Virus record (IMG/VR): IMGVR_UViG_3300001199_000027
Location: 1-32,561 of that record
Source: a virus
Strand: one strand, 5' to 3'
DNA length: 32,561 nt
Shown: positions 21,923 through 30,424 of the stretch, piece after piece
How positions within the stretch are numbered: position 1 is the first letter of the stretch
Layout: each line of letters opens with the position of its first letter
The notes under the pieces: model-generated
What the model was told of the DNA's origin: nothing
The model's database searches: none
What the model saw: only the letters and a program-made list of their open reading frames with translations
Position numbers and translations under genes: made by a program

Positions 21923-22579
21923 ATGCCGATCATCCCGTACCGAAAGGAAGAGGAGATCATGAAAGTGATCCGCCGCGCAATGATCAAAGACCCGATGTAC
22001 ACCACTACCGGGATCCAGATCGCGCTAGCAAAAGCTGGATACGAGACATCATCCGGACATGCTCTTCATCGGCAGTACGTGGAGAAACTGATGCGGAAGA
22101 TCAAGGCAGGCGCCGAGCATTACTCCTCACATGAGCTCGAGCTCGAGCGCATCACGAAGACGCGTGAACGATACAACCTCGTCGCAGAGAGGCTCTTTAA
22201 GATCGCCTTCTGGGATCTCGACTCACTGCGCGAAATGATCCCCATGCCTACCGTTGGAGAGCAGGTATCAGCGCTCAAGGCCATCGTGGAGCTCGATCTG
22301 AAACTGTTCGAGGCAGAGCGCATCGCGGGCCTATTCATGAAGCAGGGCGAGAAGCTGGGCGATGCAGAGTGGAGATTCCGCCCTATGCCGTCCGAGTTCT
22401 ACGAGAACGTGGTGAAGGCATTCTCATCGCATGGCTTCGGACCCGATCGTTTGAAAGAGATCGCTGCACGGGCCGATGCAGCGCGTGCAGCCGCAGCAAC
22501 CCCGATACATGGAACCGATATCACCTCTACCCTCATCCCCGCAGCCGCAAGCGCCGCAAAGCCTGGCGTGGTGGGATAA
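21923..22579 (+). CDS. Putative terminase small subunit
   Basis: 218 aa, directly upstream of and overlapping the large terminase ORF. The N-terminus looks HTH-like (TTGIQIALAKAGYETSSGHALHRQYVEKLM) and the middle is helical. Assignment is mainly positional. Confidence 0.5.
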   Translation: MPIIPYRKEEEIMKVIRRAMIKDPMYTTTGIQIALAKAGYETSSGHALHRQYVEKLMRKIKAGAEHYSSHELELERITKTRERYNLVAERLFKIAFWDLDSLREMIPMPTVGEQVSALKAIVELDLKLFEAERIAGLFMKQGEKLGDAEWRFRPMPSEFYENVVKAFSSHGFGPDRLKEIAARADAARAAAATPIHGTDITSTLIPAAASAAKPGVVG

Positions 22580-22613
22580 CACCCCCTTTAATGATTTCTA
22601 TTTCCGCCAGGAG

Positions 22614-24002
22614 ATGCGGAAGACGCTCGAGGGTTTCTGCCTGGTGTATCTGCCGCATTACTTTTACCTTCCGCCTCCTGATCATGAGCACGAGCTGCTC
22701 ACGGCCCTGGACGACGACGAGCTCAAGCGCCTGCTGATCCTCGGCTTCCGCGGATCGGGAAAGTCGACGGACGGATCACTGGCCCTGCCGCTATACGCTG
22801 CGCTAGAGAAGCCGGATCTCTACCCCTTCATCGTTCCGATCGCCGATACCGGCATGCAGGCAGCACTGAACATCGCCTCGATCAAGTACGAGCTCGAGAA
22901 CAACTGGCTGCTGATAAACGATTACGGGCACATCCCTACCAAGCGCGTGCACGATCAGTCTCCGGAGCCGACGCTCGAGAGTGAAGAGGAATGGCAGGCG
23001 AAGAACCTGCTGCTCGATACCGGCGTGCGTATCCTCGCTCGATCAACCGGACAGAAAGTCCGCGGTATCCGTCATAGGCAGCATCGTCCGAGCCTGGTGA
23101 TCCTCGACGACCCGGAGGACCTCAAGCGCGTGAAGACGAAAGAGAGTCGCGATGCTAGTGATAGCTGGCTGCGCGGCGAAGTGCTGCCTGCAGTAGATCA
23201 GAAGCGCGGCCGTGTGATCGTGATCGGGAACCTGCTGCACATGGATTCGCTGATGGCTCGCCTGCGATCCCGCGGGACGTTCACCACGCTCGAGTACGCA
23301 CTGCTGCGCCCAGGAGACGAACCGGAGCTCGAGCGCTGCACCTGGAAAGCAATGTTTCCCACGCAGGCAGATCTCGATGCGAAGCGGAAGGATATGGGAG
23401 AAGTGTCCTGGCACCGCGAGATGCTGCTCGAGGTCGTCGCTGAAGAGGGACAGGTGATCACTCCCGAGGACATCACGTACTACGACGAGATCCCGGAAGC
23501 GCCCCGCGGCTTCATCGGTCATGGCGTGGACCTTGCGATCGGAAAGAAAACAACGAACGACTATACGGCCGTGGTATCCGGAGACGTGCGATACGTGGAG
23601 GATCGGCCATTCGTCTTCGTGCTGCCGAACGTGATCAACGCCCGGATGGATTTCCATACGACGATAGGGACCCTGGCCGAGATGCCTCGAGCCGGAGGCG
23701 TGCATCTATTCTGCGTGGAGAACGTCGCATATCAGGCCGCAGCTCTGCAGGAGATGGAACGCATGATGCTCGCCGTACGCCCTATGCGCCCGAACACGGA
23801 CAAGCGTGCACGTCTGACCGTCGCATCGACGTACATCAAGAACGGGACCGTACGCTTCCCTCGCACCGGCTGCGAAGCCTTGCTCGCGCAGCTCTTCGGC
23901 TTCGGTGCAGAGAGCCATGACGACATGGTAGACGCCCTGGTGTATCTGATCCTCGGTCTCGCAGAGGAAGGCATCGACCTTCCCCAAGTACACAGCCTCT
24001 AG
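22614..24002 (+). CDS. Terminase large subunit
   Basis: Walker A GFRGSGKST, Walker B LVILDDPED, and a C-terminal nuclease-like segment (CVENVAYQAA...ESHDDMVDALVYLI). The ORF is open from 22476. ATG 22614 is the first start after the upstream stop, so the start is uncertain. Confidence 0.85.
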   Translation: MRKTLEGFCLVYLPHYFYLPPPDHEHELLTALDDDELKRLLILGFRGSGKSTDGSLALPLYAALEKPDLYPFIVPIADTGMQAALNIASIKYELENNWLLINDYGHIPTKRVHDQSPEPTLESEEEWQAKNLLLDTGVRILARSTGQKVRGIRHRQHRPSLVILDDPEDLKRVKTKESRDASDSWLRGEVLPAVDQKRGRVIVIGNLLHMDSLMARLRSRGTFTTLEYALLRPGDEPELERCTWKAMFPTQADLDAKRKDMGEVSWHREMLLEVVAEEGQVITPEDITYYDEIPEAPRGFIGHGVDLAIGKKTTNDYTAVVSGDVRYVEDRPFVFVLPNVINARMDFHTTIGTLAEMPRAGGVHLFCVENVAYQAAALQEMERMMLAVRPMRPNTDKRARLTVASTYIKNGTVRFPRTGCEALLAQLFGFGAESHDDMVDALVYLILGLAEEGIDLPQVHSL

Positions 24003-24020
24003 CATCTATGCTCGGCAGTC

Positions 24021-24347
24021 ATGGGATATACTCAAAATATGGAACTACTCACGCATAGCGTGCGCCGCGTCGCATCTCCCGACGATCTGCAGCTACCCGG
24101 GGACTATACGATCACTGATCATCTCGAGACCGGCGGCAAGATCTGCCACTCGGTCATTCTCAACTGCGCATTTTGCAATACCCCGAACGGCCTCGTCATG
24201 CCGCAGCCGAATGTGATCCAGCGCGTATTCGCCTTCCTGGTCCGTGGGATCCGCCCGCTCACCATTCCCGGCGTGATCGTGTGCTACGGCAATACTAAGC
24301 ACCGCTTCGCCGTGCGGAAAGGCGCAATAATCCCAGCCATCGTATGA
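24021..24347 (+). CDS. Hypothetical protein between terminase and portal
   Basis: 108-aa ORF with an ATGA overlap onto the portal gene. Confidence 0.55.
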   Translation: MGYTQNMELLTHSVRRVASPDDLQLPGDYTITDHLETGGKICHSVILNCAFCNTPNGLVMPQPNVIQRVFAFLVRGIRPLTIPGVIVCYGNTKHRFAVRKGAIIPAIV

Positions 24348-26704
24348 ACATTCGAGAACAGGCCGCAGAGGTGATCGGAAAAGGTGCAGCAACCGTCATG
24401 CGCTGGATAGCGCCTACCATCGAGGATTTCCCTACCAGCTACGTCTTCGGAGCGAAGGGGATCATGCCCGGAAAGGACATGCCCGGAGGAACGGACGGCA
24501 TGGTGCTCTGGCGCCCGAGCTCTGGCAAGCGCGTCTCTGCTGCTGCAGCCATGGCTCGCAATACCGGCTGGGTATATGCCGCTACCAAGGCGATCGCTGA
24601 CGAGATCGGAAACATCGAATGGCGCCTCTTCCGGATCATGGGCAACGACGACCAGGAGGAGCTCTTCGATAACGAAGCGTTGGATCTGCTCAATGGCGTG
24701 AACGAGCATCAGACCGGCGTGGAGTTTAAGCACCTGATCGCCTCGCATCTCGAGATCACCGGAAACGCCTACATCCTCATGCTCGGCGCTGACGGCAAGC
24801 CGGTAGCATCGTACACGGATAAGCCGAGCTCCATGACGCTGCTCGATCCATCGCGCGTTTCTCTCACATTCGACAAGAGCAGCTATCCGTACATCGTCAC
24901 CGGATACCGCTTCGTATTCGAGGGCCGTGAGTGGACCTATGCGCCGGAGTGCATTTTGCATATTAAGTATCCGGATCCTAATGATCAGTACGTCGGTATC
25001 GGTACGGTCCAGGGTATCCCTGAATGGCTCGATAACGACCAGGCCGTGCTCGAGTGGAATCGCCAGTTCTTCCTCAAGGGAGCGAAACCATCCGGCACGC
25101 TCACATCGCCGTATAAGACCGAGGCCCAGATCTCTCGCCTGCGTGCAGGGTTCGAGCAGAGCTATGGCGGAGGCATCAAGAGCGGAAACGGGCAGAACGT
25201 CGCCGTACTTCCGGAGGGCGTGAAGTTCACTGCAGACGCTACGCCGAAGGACATGGATTTCGGCACGCTCCTGGACCGCATGAAGGAACGCATCCTCGCC
25301 GGCTTCCGCGTATCGAGCACGATCCTCGGCAGCGCAGAGCAGGATACGAACCGCGCCACTGCGGAGACCGCGGACTATATCTTCGCGAAGCGTACGATCA
25401 AGCCGAAGATGATGCTGATCACTGCATACCTGAACGAGTTCCTGATCCCACGTTTCGGAGAGGATCTCTATCTCTCATTCAATGATCCGGTACCGGAGGA
25501 TAAGGAATACCGCACCACCGAGATGCAGGCCGCAGTCGGCAGCCAGCCGGTGATCTCGATCAACGAGGCCCGTGAGAAGTACATGGGCGCAGGTCCCGTC
25601 GATGGAGGCGATGAGGTGATGGTTAGCACTATGTACCAGCCGCTCGGTGAACCGATCCCAGCAAAGCCAGAGGACGGCGAAGAGAAGGCAGTGATCGATG
25701 TAGAAACGAAGGAGATCGATGCGGAGACGCGCAAGGTAGCGCCGCGCCGTACCAAGTTTACTGCACGACCCGCTGCGGTCCCGGTTTACTACGTGAAGGC
25801 AGGCAAGGTCACGACCCGGCATGCGCGCAATGCGAAGATCCGGGCAGAGCTCTCGGAGGCATTCGCTGAACGCTTCACGAAGCAGCTCGAGGCGATCAAA
25901 GAGAAGAACCTATGGGATCTGACCGATGAGGAGTATTACAACGTCTGGAAGGATTTCGCTTCCCGCGTCGAGAAGTACGAGCATAAGTTCGCCGAGGGCG
26001 TGCGTGATCTGAATGATGATCAGCTCGCGGTAGTGCTCGCGAACCTATCGAACGCGACCGGCGTCACGAAGGACGTGGATCCATCCAAGCTCTTTGACGT
26101 CGACAAGTGGACCTCACTCATGATCGATTTCGCAGGACCGCTCCTCAAGAAGCTAGGCAAGGCTGAAGCCGTGCATGCAGCCAATGCGATCGGGAAGCCG
26201 GAAGCGGCGAACGTATTCGATACGCCTGAACATCAGGCTGCACTCGATAAGTCGATCGCGCTGATGGCTGACTCGTATCAGAAGACCACGCTCGATGCGC
26301 TGAAGGGCAAGCTGGACGAAGGGATCCGCACCGGCGCAACCCTGTCCGAGCTCGAGGCTTCGGTCCGGGATGTATACGCATGGAGCGATGAGCGCCGCGC
26401 TGCGATGATCGCGAAGACCGAGACGTTCCGCATTGCGAACGATACGACGAAGGAGACCTGGAAGGCATCCGGAGTGGTAGAGACGATCAAGTGGTACACG
26501 GCCGAGGACGATAAGGTATGCGGGTACTGCGACGATATGGACGGGACCGTGATCTCGATCAATGAAAACTTCTACGATAAGGGCGATACTGCAGGCTCAA
26601 CCGTTGCCGGAGAATCGATGGATCTCGACTATTCAGACGTCGGTGCGCCTCCGCTGCACCCTGACTGCCGCTGCTACGTTCGACCGGAAACCGTCACCGT
26701 CTAG
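24344..26704 (+). CDS. Portal protein (HK97 family) fused to a MuF / SPP1 gp7-like head morphogenesis domain
   Basis: The N-terminal ~430 aa look portal-like (NTGWVYAATKAIADEIGNIEWRLF...HLEITGNAYILML...). The C-terminus WYTAEDDKVCGYCDDMDGTVI...PPLHPDCRCYVRP is the MuF signature. Confidence 0.85.
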   Translation: MNIREQAAEVIGKGAATVMRWIAPTIEDFPTSYVFGAKGIMPGKDMPGGTDGMVLWRPSSGKRVSAAAAMARNTGWVYAATKAIADEIGNIEWRLFRIMGNDDQEELFDNEALDLLNGVNEHQTGVEFKHLIASHLEITGNAYILMLGADGKPVASYTDKPSSMTLLDPSRVSLTFDKSSYPYIVTGYRFVFEGREWTYAPECILHIKYPDPNDQYVGIGTVQGIPEWLDNDQAVLEWNRQFFLKGAKPSGTLTSPYKTEAQISRLRAGFEQSYGGGIKSGNGQNVAVLPEGVKFTADATPKDMDFGTLLDRMKERILAGFRVSSTILGSAEQDTNRATAETADYIFAKRTIKPKMMLITAYLNEFLIPRFGEDLYLSFNDPVPEDKEYRTTEMQAAVGSQPVISINEAREKYMGAGPVDGGDEVMVSTMYQPLGEPIPAKPEDGEEKAVIDVETKEIDAETRKVAPRRTKFTARPAAVPVYYVKAGKVTTRHARNAKIRAELSEAFAERFTKQLEAIKEKNLWDLTDEEYYNVWKDFASRVEKYEHKFAEGVRDLNDDQLAVVLANLSNATGVTKDVDPSKLFDVDKWTSLMIDFAGPLLKKLGKAEAVHAANAIGKPEAANVFDTPEHQAALDKSIALMADSYQKTTLDALKGKLDEGIRTGATLSELEASVRDVYAWSDERRAAMIAKTETFRIANDTTKETWKASGVVETIKWYTAEDDKVCGYCDDMDGTVISINENFYDKGDTAGSTVAGESMDLDYSDVGAPPLHPDCRCYVRPETVTV

Positions 26705-26760
26705 CCTTATGCACATCCACCATTGCGCACTCGACCGCTCGATGGTGTTAGGATAAATAT

Positions 26761-27093
26761 ATGGAACCAACCGAAGCACCTGTATACACGCTCAACATCA
26801 CGGGAGCCGAGAAGCTCAACGTGCAAGCTGACGACACGACGATCCTTTCAGTCTCTTTCGAGATCCTGAAGAACGGCGAGCATGACGTCACTTACACGCA
26901 TGGCTTCCCGCTCGAAACTTCCGAAGTCGACGTGCGCGCATCTCTCGCAGAGTTCCTCGCCAATTACGAAGCCACCCGCGAGGTGTGGAAGCGGAACGAG
27001 GCTTTCACCGTGGCGAATGCCGCTGCGGATGAGACCATCGCGAAGCTCGTCGGCGAGCCGATTATAAACGAAGAGGAAACCCCAACCGCCTAG
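26761..27093 (+). CDS. Hypothetical acidic protein, first gene of the accessory block
   Basis: 110-aa ORF preceded by TAGGATAAATAT, the same 15-mer (including the ATG) found before the protease gene. Confidence 0.6.
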   Translation: MEPTEAPVYTLNITGAEKLNVQADDTTILSVSFEILKNGEHDVTYTHGFPLETSEVDVRASLAEFLANYEATREVWKRNEAFTVANAAADETIAKLVGEPIINEEETPTA

Positions 27094-27102
27094 CCTATTT
27101 TT

Positions 27103-27735
27103 ATGAATTACGCAGTCAAAGCTACCCCGATCTACGCCGGAATGATCGCCCTGGATACGAACGTCCAGATGCGTCACCTTGATTCCTTCGGAAACGCAAA
27201 GCCGATCTTCCAGGAGTTCGGATTCGTCGGATACCTGATCAAGCACGGATATATCTCTCCGAACTGGATCAACTGGCCGGTGCTCGGTTTCCTCATGCGT
27301 CCCTTCATGGGCTTCTGGTCCGATGTGAAGCACACGCGCAACGGTGTCACCACCGTGGGCAAGGCAGCGGTTGCCGGCCTGATCAACGGAGTCGGTTCGG
27401 TCCCTGTATTCGCCTCTATCGGCCAGGGAACGGGCACCACGGCCTTTGCAGCCGGTGACACGACCCTTCAGACGGAGGTCACGGCAGCGGGAGGCGCAGC
27501 ATCCGGTGTGCATGCCGTTGCGGCAGCTACCGCTTCGCTCGTCACCACGACGACCACGAACGATACCTCACAACTCGTGGGAACCGTTTCCGAAGCAGCG
27601 ACGATCGCCATCACTGAATCAGGCGTCTTCAACGCAACGACGAACGGCACGCTCCTCTGCCGCCAGACATTCACGGCAGTGAACGTGGTATCAGGTGACT
27701 CTCTGCAGTTCACTTGGAAGGTGAAAGCAGCCTAA
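27103..27735 (+). CDS. Hypothetical structural-type protein. Its C-terminal domain is paralogous to 10223..10870.
   Basis: The C-terminal IGQGTGTTAFAAGDTTLQTEV ... ESGVFNATTNGTLL ... DSLQFTWKVKA aligns by eye with the tail-tip ORF. Confidence 0.6.
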   Translation: MNYAVKATPIYAGMIALDTNVQMRHLDSFGNAKPIFQEFGFVGYLIKHGYISPNWINWPVLGFLMRPFMGFWSDVKHTRNGVTTVGKAAVAGLINGVGSVPVFASIGQGTGTTAFAAGDTTLQTEVTAAGGAASGVHAVAAATASLVTTTTTNDTSQLVGTVSEAATIAITESGVFNATTNGTLLCRQTFTAVNVVSGDSLQFTWKVKAA

Positions 27736-27811
27736 ACTTGGACTTTCCTTCTATCCCTCTCGGGGGATAGGGATGTGAGCCTAAGACTCTTATAAAGATA
27801 AATTCACTAGA

Positions 27812-28321
27812 ATGGCACTCTACTTAATCGCAAACGGACCAGCACCGACTACCGCTGCACAGGCACCCGTCACGACAGGTACGGCCATCAAGACGCTTCT
27901 GCAGGTGAAGGCAGGCGCGACCATCGTCGCGAAGATCAAGGAATGGGGAGTCTCATTCGATGGATCAGCCGCAGCTACCCCGATCAAGGCAGAGCTCCTG
28001 CAGACAGACGTCGCTGCGACCGTGACTGCACACGTTGCGGCCGGCATCGTGAAGCAGGATGGCAACGCTCTCGCGGGCGGAGATCCTACGACCGCACTCA
28101 TCGAAGTCGGTACTGCAGCGACCGGATACACCGCTAGCGCAGAGGGTACGATCACGGCGACCCGCGTATTCGATGCGCAGTTCGTCGCACCTACTAACCA
28201 GTACATCAAGCAGTACCCTCTCGGCCTCGAGCCGGTCATAGAGATCGGAAAGTTCGGCCGCATCCGTGTCACTGCAGGCGCAGCCGTAAACGCATACGCC
28301 TACATGATCGTGGAGGTATAA
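27812..28321 (+). CDS. Hypothetical beta-rich protein, possibly an abundant virion or decoration component
   Basis: 169 aa, rich in Ala/Thr/Val/Gly. It has its own upstream TATAAAGATAAAT and a strong downstream hairpin. Confidence 0.55.
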   Translation: MALYLIANGPAPTTAAQAPVTTGTAIKTLLQVKAGATIVAKIKEWGVSFDGSAAATPIKAELLQTDVAATVTAHVAAGIVKQDGNALAGGDPTTALIEVGTAATGYTASAEGTITATRVFDAQFVAPTNQYIKQYPLGLEPVIEIGKFGRIRVTAGAAVNAYAYMIVEV

Positions 28322-28455
28322 TGAAGATAGGATTATCCACTTAACCGATACCACGATGATCACTTTCATCACGTATATGGGACACCTATACGCTTGCACA
28401 GCTACGGCTTGCTCGCTCATAGGGGGTCACGTATTCATGCCTTTCTAGGGCAATT

Positions 28456-28491
28456 AACAGCACGCGCACCAGGAATGGTGCGCGTGCTGTT
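28456..28491 (+). terminator. Strong hairpin (16-bp perfect stem, GGAA loop), likely a terminator or insulator before the sulfation cassette
   Basis: aacagcacgcgcacca-ggaa-tggtgcgcgtgctgtt, followed by atactg. The next ATG (28503) is 11 nt downstream. Confidence 0.65.
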
Positions 28492-28502
28492 ATACTGAAA
28501 TT

Positions 28503-28823
28503 ATGATCACTTGGCTAACGGGAAACAGTGGTGCCGGCAAGACGACACTCGCGCACCAAATGCGAAAGCACGAGATCATTCTCGACGGTGATGAGATGCG
28601 AGCAGTATGGCCGGGCCTCGGTCTCACACCTAAAGATCGTCGTGAACAGAATCTTCGTGTCGCACGTCTCGCTAAGACGCTAGAGCTGCAGGGATTCGAT
28701 GTGATCGTTGCCACGATCTGCCCATTCAAGAAGCTGCGCGAGGAGGTGCAGGAGATCACCGGCTGCCGGTTCATCTACCTCGAAGGAGGCCGTGAAGGCG
28801 CAGCATACCCTTACGAAAAATAA
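28503..28823 (+). CDS. Adenylylsulfate (APS) kinase-like P-loop protein, short form
   Basis: ITWLTGNSGAGKTTLA / ILDGDEMR / LTPKDRREQNLRVARLAKTLELQGFDVIVATICPF aligns by eye with CysC VLWFTGLSGSGKSTVA / LLDGDNVR / [35 protein letters not shown]. Confidence 0.7.
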   Translation: MITWLTGNSGAGKTTLAHQMRKHEIILDGDEMRAVWPGLGLTPKDRREQNLRVARLAKTLELQGFDVIVATICPFKKLREEVQEITGCRFIYLEGGREGAAYPYEK

Positions 28824-28834
28824 CTTTTACTGCT

Positions 28835-29257
28835 ATGTGGACGGCCAAGATTACGGATACGAGACTGGTTAATGGAGTGATGCAGGTCACGGTTGAATAT
28901 TCGTGCGAGGATGGAAATATATTTACGGATACGATCACCAGCACGCAGAAGCAGGGAGAGGAGTGGCCGAACAGCATCATCCAGGATCGACTCAAGCACC
29001 TAAGCACCTTTCCAGAGAAGATCGCCGAGCTTGATGCGCGCAAAGAGGAAGTGATAGCTCCGGTAGTCGAGCGCAGGCAGGACGAGCAGATGGGTCAAGC
29101 GAAGAAAGAATATAAAGAAAAGCTGGCGATATTCCACGCATACGTGGTGGCAATTTCCCGCGGATTTACTGGCACCGAGACGCAGGACTTCCTAGAACTT
29201 AAGGGGTATCTCACTGACAATTTCAAACCCGAATATCTCGATTTATTCGGCACCTAG
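28835..29257 (+). CDS. Hypothetical protein between the kinase and the sulfotransferase
   Basis: 140-aa ORF. I recognised no motif. Confidence 0.6.
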   Translation: MWTAKITDTRLVNGVMQVTVEYSCEDGNIFTDTITSTQKQGEEWPNSIIQDRLKHLSTFPEKIAELDARKEEVIAPVVERRQDEQMGQAKKEYKEKLAIFHAYVVAISRGFTGTETQDFLELKGYLTDNFKPEYLDLFGT

Positions 29258-29262
29258 CGCCT

Positions 29263-29847
29263 ATGGATCCCGTCTACCTCATTTCGAGCTTTCGACGGAG
29301 TGGCTCGTCGATGATGGCACGCTGCCTAGAGGGCGGCGGCCTTCCAGTCGTGAAGATGTCGCTCAATGATTCGGAATACAATATTCCGTTTGGCAATACT
29401 GGGTATATTCCTAACCCGAACGGATTCTATTCGATCGAGGGCTATATGGAGTTCGACTTCCCAACATTCTACGAAGAATATAAAGGGCAGGTTTTAAAGA
29501 TACCGCGTACATACATCCGGCTATTGCCTCCTGGAAAATATAAGCTGATATTCATGAATCGCGACGAGAAAGAGATCCTTGCATCCTATCGATCGTTCAT
29601 CGGCTTGCGTGACTGGGGAGAAGTGGAGTCGTCCGTATATTTAAAAGATGTGATATTAGGAGCTGAAAAACAGATCGCAGCAGAGCGTGGTGACATCGAT
29701 ATTATCGAGGTTAATTATAATGAGCTGATGCGAGATCCGCGCGCTGCTTTCGATGCAATTGTTGATTTCGGAGTACCTATTGATCCTGCGGCGGCCGCCG
29801 CTCTCGTTGATCCCGCACTTTATCGGCATCGTTTAGCTGCAAAATAA
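29263..29847 (+). CDS. Sulfotransferase (PAPS-dependent fold)
   Basis: The 5'-PSB-like loop ISSFRRSGSSMM is at 29284..29310. The 3'-PB-like NRDEKEILASYRSF (29560..29586) compares with RNPKDVAVSYYHF of cytosolic sulfotransferases. Confidence 0.7.
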   Translation: MDPVYLISSFRRSGSSMMARCLEGGGLPVVKMSLNDSEYNIPFGNTGYIPNPNGFYSIEGYMEFDFPTFYEEYKGQVLKIPRTYIRLLPPGKYKLIFMNRDEKEILASYRSFIGLRDWGEVESSVYLKDVILGAEKQIAAERGDIDIIEVNYNELMRDPRAAFDAIVDFGVPIDPAAAAALVDPALYRHRLAAK

Positions 29848-29848
29848 T

Positions 29849-30415
29849 ATGGCTACTTCCGGACCAAACTTCCCGACCACGGCGGTTGATGATGCAACCC
29901 AGGGCACTTTGGCGTGGACTAACCCTGGAAATGTGATGGTGGAGGACGGTATCTTTGCTACGCGTTCAGTCTCACCCTCAACGATAACCCACTTTATTAA
30001 GACGACAGGGTACGGATTTTCCATTCCGGCAGGAGCGACTATCGACGGAATCCTTGCAGAAGTGAAGGTAAAGGGAGCTGATACCCAGTCGACTGATAGC
30101 GCTGTAAAAATAGTGCAGGGCGGCACCATAGGAGGAACCGATCAGTCGACTAATGTGCAATTAAGTACCACTCTCGCATATAGAAGTTTCGGAGGCGCAG
30201 CGAATCTATGGGGACTAACCTGGACGGATACCGATATAAATAGTTCAGGCTTTGGATTTTGCTATTCCGTGCGACGAGGAACATCAGAGACATCCTCTAC
30301 CGCGAGCGTCGATGCTATGCGCTTGACCGTATATTACACGCCTTCAGGTGGTGGATCCGTGCAGCAGTCGCAGACCAGAGTCATGCAGGCAATAAATCGC
30401 GCAGCAACGTACTAA
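29849..30415 (+). CDS. Hypothetical beta-rich protein (fiber or adhesin accessory?)
   Basis: 188-aa ORF, Thr/Ser/Gly-rich (…LAWTNPGNVMVEDGIFA…), sitting between the sulfotransferase and the repeat protein. Confidence 0.6.
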   Translation: MATSGPNFPTTAVDDATQGTLAWTNPGNVMVEDGIFATRSVSPSTITHFIKTTGYGFSIPAGATIDGILAEVKVKGADTQSTDSAVKIVQGGTIGGTDQSTNVQLSTTLAYRSFGGAANLWGLTWTDTDINSSGFGFCYSVRRGTSETSSTASVDAMRLTVYYTPSGGGSVQQSQTRVMQAINRAATY

Positions 30416-30424
30416 TATAGAAAT

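Noticed and set aside
22476-22613. Upstream part of the large terminase ORF
   Set aside because: It would overlap the preceding gene by 104 nt. ATG 22614 is the first start after that gene's stop. I cannot exclude 22476 or 22512, so the 5' end remains uncertain.
28333-28341. TTATCCACT as a further copy of the composite DnaA-box/CCGACCGC element
   Set aside because: It matches only 8 of 9 positions, and the downstream sequence (CCGATACC after 4 nt) does not match the partner motif or its spacing. It is kept only as a weak observation.
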